Positions 1 to 4,439 of a stretch of DNA of 7,703 bases are shown piece by piece. The notes under the pieces are model-generated. The model was not told where the DNA came from. It worked only from the letters and a program-made list of their open reading frames with translations, and made no database searches. The stretch comes from a bacterium (GTDB lineage: Bacteria > Bacillota_I > Bacilli_A > RF39 > UBA660), in NCBI GenBank assembly GCA_029012525.1, contig JAQXMG010000046.1:1-7703 (forward strand), read 5' to 3'. Within the stretch, counting starts at the first letter, position 1, and each line of letters starts with the position of its first letter. The position numbers and the translations under genes were made by a program.

Positions 1-267
1 GAAGATATAATTGATTTTCATTATAAATTTGAACGTATTCATCCTTTTGGAGATGGTAATGGTCGTGTTGGTAGAATTATTATGTTTAAAGAGTGCTTAA
101 AAAATAATATTATGCCTTTTATAGTATTAGATGATGATAAACTATATTATATGAGAGGCTTAAAAGAATATGAAAATGATAAAATGTATTTAATTGATAC
201 TATTAAGCATGAACAAGATTTATATAAACAAATTTGTGAGAAACTATTAGTTTTTGAAATAGAATAA
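1..267 (+). CDS. Fic/DOC (Fido) family protein, C-terminal fragment; 5' end lies outside the window
   Basis: Frame 1 is open from base 1 to the TAA at 265-267. The translation EDIIDFHYKFERIHPFGDGNGRVGRIIMFKE... carries the canonical Fic active-site motif HxFx(D/E)GNGRxxR as HPFGDGNGRVGR (nt 40-75). Confidence 0.85.
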   Translation, partial: EDIIDFHYKFERIHPFGDGNGRVGRIIMFKECLKNNIMPFIVLDDDKLYYMRGLKEYENDKMYLIDTIKHEQDLYKQICEKLLVFEIE

Positions 268-333
268 AAGTAAAAACGTGTAAAATATGTTAATATTTTC
301 TATAAGAGGTGATGTTATATAAAATGTATATTA

Positions 334-875
334 ATGAATAAAAATACCTTAGTATTAGAGGTGGAATATGACTTGGCTAATGGTGTATTTTCTGAAATTT
401 ACAAAGTTTATAATATTGATTATGCTCCATATATATTAAAAAGTTTTTATATAGAAAATGATGTAAATGATATATCTTTTAGAACAAATCTTTCAGAATG
501 GTTTAAAGGAAGAAGTATTCCAAGATAAATATAACTGCTCCAAGCGAATTATTAGATAAAGCAAATGCTTTATCACTTTCAGACCAATATTGGATAAAAC
601 CATATAATCTAGATGTAAAATATGATGATATTAACTTTTTTGATGACGATTTTGAGTATAGTGAATTTTTAGAGGCATCATTATCTAAAAATAGTAAAGT
701 TATAACGAATGAAAAATCATTAAAAAAAACTTCAAATAATACAACTGATGGTATGTTAAAGAAAGCATGGATTATTGAAAATGGAACAAGATATCTTCTT
801 AAAGGAGGATATAAAAATGAATTATTACAACCATTTAATGAAGTTTTAGCAAGTGAAATATGTCGTCGTTTATGA
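334..875 (+). pseudogene. HipA-like Ser/Thr kinase toxin gene, degraded: frameshift near 523-530, and the kinase core is missing after 875
   Basis: The frame-1 ORF 334-528 ends ...LSEWFKGRSIPR*. The reading continues in frame 3 from ~528 as NITAPSELLDKANALSLSDQYWIKPYNLDVKYDDINFFDD...TTDGMLKKAWIIENGTRYLLKGGYKNELLQPFNEVLASEICRRL* (TGA at 873-875). The blocks W..GRSIP, LSLxDQYWIK, TxDGxLxKxWxxxxGxxYLxKG and NExxAS match my memory of Firmicute HipA-like N-terminal and central regions. The catalytic C-terminal half is absent. Frame-1 residues 876-~1030 might be a remnant C-terminal tail. Confidence 0.55.
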
Positions 876-1030
876 TTTAAAAAGAATTGATATTAATAAG
901 TTAGATGGAATTGTAGAATGGTTTGATGAATTACTTCATAAATATCAACATTTAACTAAATTTTCTGATACGAGAATTAATAAATTATGTATTCTATTAA
1001 ATAGGCAAATAAACAAATTAAAAAAATTAA

Positions 1031-1059
1031 TTGTATTTTTTTATAAAATTTTATATAAT
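1031..1059 (+). promoter_or_regulatory. Candidate sigma-70-type promoter of the DGR target gene
   Basis: TTGTAT (1031-1036), a 17-nt spacer, then a perfect TATAAT (1054-1059), about 34 nt upstream of the ATG at 1093. Such matches arise by chance in AT-rich DNA. Confidence 0.35.
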
Positions 1060-1092
1060 TTATTTATAATAAAGAGAGGAGTTAAAGAAAAA

Positions 1093-2955
1093 ATGAAAAA
1101 TTTAAAAGATAATATAAGAAATAAATATATAGTAGCATCACTATTTGTAATAGGACTTATATTAATGGTAATTGGAGTATCATATGCCATGTATACATTT
1201 ACAGGTACAGGTACAACAGAAAACGTAATAACAACAGGACAAATAACCGTAGCATTTGCAGAACAAAATAATATCTTAATACAAAATAGATATCCAGAAA
1301 CAGATGCAGTAGGACTAGCAAGTACAGATCCTAATAGTCAAATGACATTTACAGTATCAAGTAATATTTCAGGAGATGCAACAGTAAATTATGCAATAGG
1401 TTTAACTGATATAGTTGAAGGAGCAACATTAAAACAAGACCATATAAAAATTTACTTAACAAAAAATGGAAGTGTTGCAAATGACTTTACAGAAAATAAA
1501 GGAAAGACAATTAAAAGTATATCAAGATATAGTATAACAAACTATCTAGATAGCCATGTAATAGCACAAGGGTCTGTAACTGGTACTCAAACTGATACAT
1601 ATACATTAAAAGCATGGATAGATGAAAACTATGATTTACCAACAACAGATACATCAAGTGGTAACGTACATAGTAATACAACAACAACTGAAACATTTAG
1701 TTTTAAATTAAAAGCAATAGGTTCAGATGATGTATTAGTATTTGTAAAACCAGAAGTATTAGTATGTGATGAAATGCCAGAAGAAACAACAAGTGCAAAT
1801 GTACCAAGTTTAGCAAAAAATATGATACCAGTATGCTATAATAGTACAAAAAATGTATGGTTAAAAGCAGATAGTACAAATACAGATTCAGATTATAGAT
1901 GGTATTCATATAGTGGAAAGTCTTGGGCTAATGCAGTAACAGTAAGTGAAACAAATAGAGAAACATATTTAGATGCAGAGGTTGGAACAGTAATTCCAAT
2001 GGAAGTAATAAACACAATGTTAGTATGGATACCAAGATTTAGTGCAACAGGTGATACAGCAAATTATAATGGAGGAACAATAGATAGTCCTGGAGCATTT
2101 AATATAACATTTGTAAATAAAGATACAGCGGCACATGATGCTTTTGCATTTGGAACAGATTCATTATCAGGATTTTGGATAGGAAAATTTGAAAATTCAA
2201 GTAATGTATCATGTGAACCAGCAAGTAGTTCTGACGTAGGAGCAGGATGCAATCTAACATCAATAAGACCAAAAGTATTACCAAATGCAACAATTTGGAG
2301 AGGAGCAAATGTATCAACATTCTTTGGTGATATTCAAAAAATGGCTGATAGTGGAAACCAATATGGATTTGATAAAACAATTGATACAACCCTAGATACC
2401 CATATGTTAAAAAATAATGAATGGGGTGCAGTAGCATACCTAACACAAAGTATCTATGGTAGATGTAGTTCATTAACAAGTTGCAGTGAAGTAGGAATAA
2501 ATAATAATTCAAGTTATATAACAGGATATGGAGCACCTGCTGGAAGTGCATCTACTGTAACAAATGGAGCATATAATACAGACTTAGGAAAAGATGCATC
2601 GACAACAGGAAATATTTATGGTGTATATGATATGAGTGGTGGAGCATATGAATACGTAATGGGTAATTACAATAATACAGCAGATGGTTCTCAATTTACA
2701 ACATTACCAAATACAAAATATTATAATGTATATACAACAGAAAGTGCATATACAACAGCAGGATTACAACATGCGTTAACGGAGACGAAAAAATGGTATG
2801 GCGATTCCGCGTACTTCGTTAATTCTAACCGTCCGTGGGTCCTTCGTGGAGGCAACGATAGTAATCCTGGCCTTGCAGGTGTTTTCTACTTCCACGCCTC
2901 CGGTGGCCGCAGCGATCCGTATTGTGGTTCTCGTCTTTCAGTCACAATTAACTAA
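1093..2955 (+). CDS. DGR target (variable) protein: N-terminal signal-anchor, beta-rich middle region, C-terminal FGE-sulfatase/C-type-lectin-like domain ending in the VR
   Basis: AGAGGAG (1075-1081) lies 11 nt before the ATG at 1093. The N-terminus MKNLKDNIRNKYIVASLFVIGLILMVIGVSYAMYTF has a basic stretch followed by a hydrophobic helix. The C-terminal half carries FGE/CLec-type blocks GFWIGKFE, NEWGAVAYL, GVYDMSGGAYEYVMGNY and WVLRGG...GSRLSV. The ORF-track start at 853 is only a stop-free read-through of the upstream remnant. Confidence 0.85.
   Translation: MKNLKDNIRNKYIVASLFVIGLILMVIGVSYAMYTFTGTGTTENVITTGQITVAFAEQNNILIQNRYPETDAVGLASTDPNSQMTFTVSSNISGDATVNYAIGLTDIVEGATLKQDHIKIYLTKNGSVANDFTENKGKTIKSISRYSITNYLDSHVIAQGSVTGTQTDTYTLKAWIDENYDLPTTDTSSGNVHSNTTTTETFSFKLKAIGSDDVLVFVKPEVLVCDEMPEETTSANVPSLAKNMIPVCYNSTKNVWLKADSTNTDSDYRWYSYSGKSWANAVTVSETNRETYLDAEVGTVIPMEVINTMLVWIPRFSATGDTANYNGGTIDSPGAFNITFVNKDTAAHDAFAFGTDSLSGFWIGKFENSSNVSCEPASSSDVGAGCNLTSIRPKVLPNATIWRGANVSTFFGDIQKMADSGNQYGFDKTIDTTLDTHMLKNNEWGAVAYLTQSIYGRCSSLTSCSEVGINNNSSYITGYGAPAGSASTVTNGAYNTDLGKDASTTGNIYGVYDMSGGAYEYVMGNYNNTADGSQFTTLPNTKYYNVYTTESAYTTAGLQHALTETKKWYGDSAYFVNSNRPWVLRGGNDSNPGLAGVFYFHASGGRSDPYCGSRLSVTIN
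2800..2944 (+). repeat. DGR variable region (VR), the last ~48 codons of the target gene
   Basis: It aligns without gaps to 3777-3921 (offset +977). Across 2801-2944 there are 25 mismatches, 22 of them where the TR base is A (9 A>C, 7 A>G, 6 A>T). By hand count the VR is 54% GC, against ~41% for the TR and roughly 25% for the window. An invariant 20-bp 3' block (2925-2944) could serve as an IMH-like element. Confidence 0.9.
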
Positions 2956-2983
2956 TTGTTAAATTTATTTAACAATTAGTTAA
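2948..2983. promoter_or_regulatory. Perfect inverted repeat (hairpin/cruciform) 3 nt downstream of the VR; candidate DGR target-recognition element
   Basis: TTAACTAATTGTTAAAT (2948-2964) is the exact reverse complement of ATTTAACAATTAGTTAA (2967-2983), with a 2-nt centre. It overlaps the TAA stop (2953-2955). No equivalent repeat follows the TR. Confidence 0.7.
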
Positions 2984-3056
2984 AGTCCTAAAAAACCCAC
3001 TAATACGAAGAAAGGAAATAAATTATTTTAAAGTAATATAAGAAATAGGAAGAAAC

Positions 3057-3094
3057 TTTTCCATATTTCAAACTGGATTTTGAAATATGGAAAA
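3057..3094. repeat. 16-bp perfect inverted repeat (stem-loop) in the target-gene 3' region
   Basis: TTTTCCATATTTCAAA (3057-3072) pairs with TTTGAAATATGGAAAA (3079-3094), with the loop CTGGAT. Confidence 0.6.
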
Positions 3095-3129
3095 AGAAGA
3101 TTAAAGAAAAAATAAAAGAGGTAGGTAGT

Positions 3130-3171
3130 CCCAGCAAAATTAAACTGATTTTAATTTTGCTGGGGTTTTTT
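3130..3171 (+). terminator. Rho-independent terminator of the target gene
   Basis: The stem is CCCAGCAAAATTAAA (3130-3144) paired with TTTAATTTTGCTGGG (3150-3164), with the loop CTGAT. It is followed by G and TTTTTT (3166-3171). Confidence 0.8.
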
Positions 3172-3264
3172 GTATATTTGTAAAATATAAAGTCATAAAT
3201 ATTTTAAAGTCAAAAAGTCATATTTATTATGCAATTTTTGTTATTAAATTTTTAGTTAAACTCG

Positions 3265-3301
3265 TTGACGTGTGTGTGTGTGTGTGTATGTGTATTATAC
3301 T
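3265..3301 (+). promoter_or_regulatory. Candidate promoter for the MutS-I-like/TR/avd/RT transcription unit; its spacer is the (GT)9 tract
   Basis: The -35-like TTGACG is at 3265-3270. The -10-like hexamers are TATTAT (3293-3298, spacer 22 nt) and TATACT (3296-3301, spacer 25 nt). The site lies between the terminator (3171) and the RBS/ATG at 3310/3326. Confidence 0.35.
3270..3287. repeat. (GT)9 dinucleotide microsatellite, followed by the degenerate ATGTGT
   Basis: GTGTGTGTGTGTGTGTGT can be read directly at 3270-3287. It is compositionally anomalous in this AT-rich window. Confidence 0.95.
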
Positions 3302-3325
3302 ATTTACATAGGAAGTGAATAGTAT

Positions 3326-3739
3326 ATGATAAAGTTAAGTGATTATGTTAAAGAAGTAATTGATAAAAATATTGATAAAGTCGTAATGGTAAAGTATGGT
3401 AATTTTTATAGATGCTCTTATAATGATGCATTAATTATGTCATATTTATTTAATTATAAAATTACAAATAGAAATACTGTTGGTTTTCCAATTAATACAC
3501 TAAATAATGTTTTAGATAAATTAAAAGATAATAAGATAAGCTGTGTAGTAGTATATGAAATAAATAATGTAATAAGTTATGTTATTATAGATAATAAATA
3601 TATGGAAGTATTAGATAAAGCAATAAAATATGATAATGTGAAAGAGGCAGTAAAAGTAATTAGTGAATTATCTTATGAAATATTAAATAGAGATATTAGA
3701 AAATTACATAAAATAATGTTATTTTTAAGAAATTTATAA
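3326..3739 (+). CDS. Small DGR accessory protein resembling MutS N-terminal mismatch-binding domain I (MutS-like, 137 aa)
   Basis: The RBS AGGAAGTGA (3310-3318) lies before the ATG at 3326. KVVMVKYGNFYRCSYNDALIMSYLFNYKITNRNTVGFPINTLNNVLDKLKDNKISCVVV parallels E. coli MutS [33 protein letters not shown]...[25 protein letters not shown]. Conserved blocks are G-F-Y, Y-DA, (L/I)T-R, G(I/F)P and the hydrophobic strand. The comparison was made from memory. Confidence 0.6.
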   Translation: MIKLSDYVKEVIDKNIDKVVMVKYGNFYRCSYNDALIMSYLFNYKITNRNTVGFPINTLNNVLDKLKDNKISCVVVYEINNVISYVIIDNKYMEVLDKAIKYDNVKEAVKVISELSYEILNRDIRKLHKIMLFLRNL

Positions 3740-3776
3740 TGGTATCAACTTTAGTTGGTATAGGGATAAAGCTACA

Positions 3777-3921
3777 AGTGATAACGCGAACTTCGTTAAT
3801 TCTAACAATCCGTGGTTCCTTCGTGGAGGCAACTATAGTAATACTGGCAATGCAGGTGTTTTCAACTTCAACAACAACAATGGCAACAGCAATACGAATT
3901 ATGGTTCTCGTCTTTCAGTCA
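3777..3921 (+). ncRNA. DGR template repeat (TR), the non-coding RNA template for mutagenic cDNA
   Basis: It is homologous to VR 2800-2944. Read in the VR-equivalent frame (pos mod 3 = 0) it gives DNANFVNSNNPWFLRGGNYSNTGNAGVFNFNNNNGNSNTNYGSRLSVST* with 16 AAY (Asn) codons. It contains 43 adenines, of which 22 differ in the VR. Confidence 0.9.
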
Positions 3922-4097
3922 GTACTTAGTAAAATTGTTATACAAGACTGATGTAAATAGTTTAAGGACTATTAAAGGTTATTATAAGTACAAGTTTTAT
4001 TCCTTATCTTACAAAGATAAAATAAATTACTATGATAGTTTTAGGTGAGTAATGTTTTTTATGAAAATTCTAAAACTATTAAGAAGGAGAATTAATT

Positions 4098-4439
4098 ATG
4101 TTAAATAATTTAATAATATATAAGGTACATCTTGATTTAATGGAATATGCATATAAATTACTTGTTAAGTATCCAAAATATGAAAAAAACGGAATAGTAA
4201 GTGAAATAAAAGAAAATCTATATGATATATTAAAAAATATTATTTATTATAATAATAAAAAGAATAAAATTTCATTAAATAATATATTAATTGATTTAAA
4301 TATGCTTTTAGTATTAATTAGAATATCATATAAAATGAAATATATAACTAATAAAAACTATATGGCATTTGCAAGAAAAATAAATAACATAAGTAAACTA
4401 TGTCATGGATTAATAAATAGTGTTAACAATCAAAAATAG
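4098..4439 (+). CDS. avd: Avd (accessory variability determinant), four-helix-bundle protein
   Basis: The RBS AAGGAG (4084-4089) lies before the ATG at 4098. The protein is 113 aa and basic. The pattern ...YKLLVKYPKYEKNGIVSEIKENLYDIL...IDLNMLLVLIRISYKMKYITNKNYMAFARKINNISKLCHGLI matches the Avd / 23S-rRNA-IVS four-helix-bundle family. It sits immediately upstream of the RT and overlaps it. Confidence 0.8.
   Translation: MLNNLIIYKVHLDLMEYAYKLLVKYPKYEKNGIVSEIKENLYDILKNIIYYNNKKNKISLNNILIDLNMLLVLIRISYKMKYITNKNYMAFARKINNISKLCHGLINSVNNQK

Noticed and set aside
312-341. Mini-ORFs near the RBS-like GAGGTGA (ATG at 312 and ATG at 324, 5-9 codons), and MEKED at 3087-3104.
   Set aside because: They are too short to support as genes from sequence alone. 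They are most likely chance ATGs in AT-rich DNA, or debris from decay of the HipA-like gene start.
873-896. TGA read as Trp (genetic code 4), which would extend the HipA-like frame.
   Set aside because: Reading through the TGA at 873 and the TGA at 888 hits a TAA at 894 anyway. All well-supported CDSs encode Trp with TGG and show no in-frame TGA. The standard code 11 fits.
853-1092. The N-terminal 80 codons of the 700-aa ORF in the supplied track (start at 853).
   Set aside because: The ATG at 853 has no RBS. This stretch overlaps the HipA-like remnant and a good promoter-like sequence (1031-1059). An AGAGGAG RBS precedes the ATG at 1093, which opens with a classic signal-anchor. The upstream part is stop-free by chance or by remnant.
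1511-2551. Four minus-strand ORFs (1511-1696, 1703-1909, 2064-2252, 2099-2551) inside the target gene.
   Set aside because: They are antisense to a well-supported CDS and overlap each other. Their products are low-complexity Leu/Tyr/His-rich sequences, typical of the reverse complement of A-rich codons. None has an RBS.
2791-2799. Possible extension of the VR/TR pair further 5' (AAA at 2791-2793 and 3768-3770, plus a few A>N-compatible positions).
   Set aside because: Positions 2794-2796 and 2798 mismatch at non-A TR bases, so the similarity is indistinguishable from chance. The 5' boundary is placed at about 2800/3777, with an uncertainty of a few nt.
2945-2961. Possible extension of VR/TR homology beyond 2944/3921, based on a shared AATTGTTA at 2954-2961 and 3933-3940.
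   Set aside because: It needs a 2-nt indel, and the match is only an 8-mer of common AT-rich composition. I treat the homology as ending at 2944/3921.
3739-3951. A 70-aa ORF (MVSTLVGIGIKLQ...) spanning the TR. Its ATG overlaps the TAA of the MutS-like ORF (TAATG).
   Set aside because: It is read in a different frame from the VR-equivalent frame of the TR (pos mod 3 = 1 against 0). The product is a low-complexity hydrophobic artefact of the Asn-codon-rich template, and TRs are non-coding in characterised DGRs. The TAATG overlap is noted, but I judge it coincidental.
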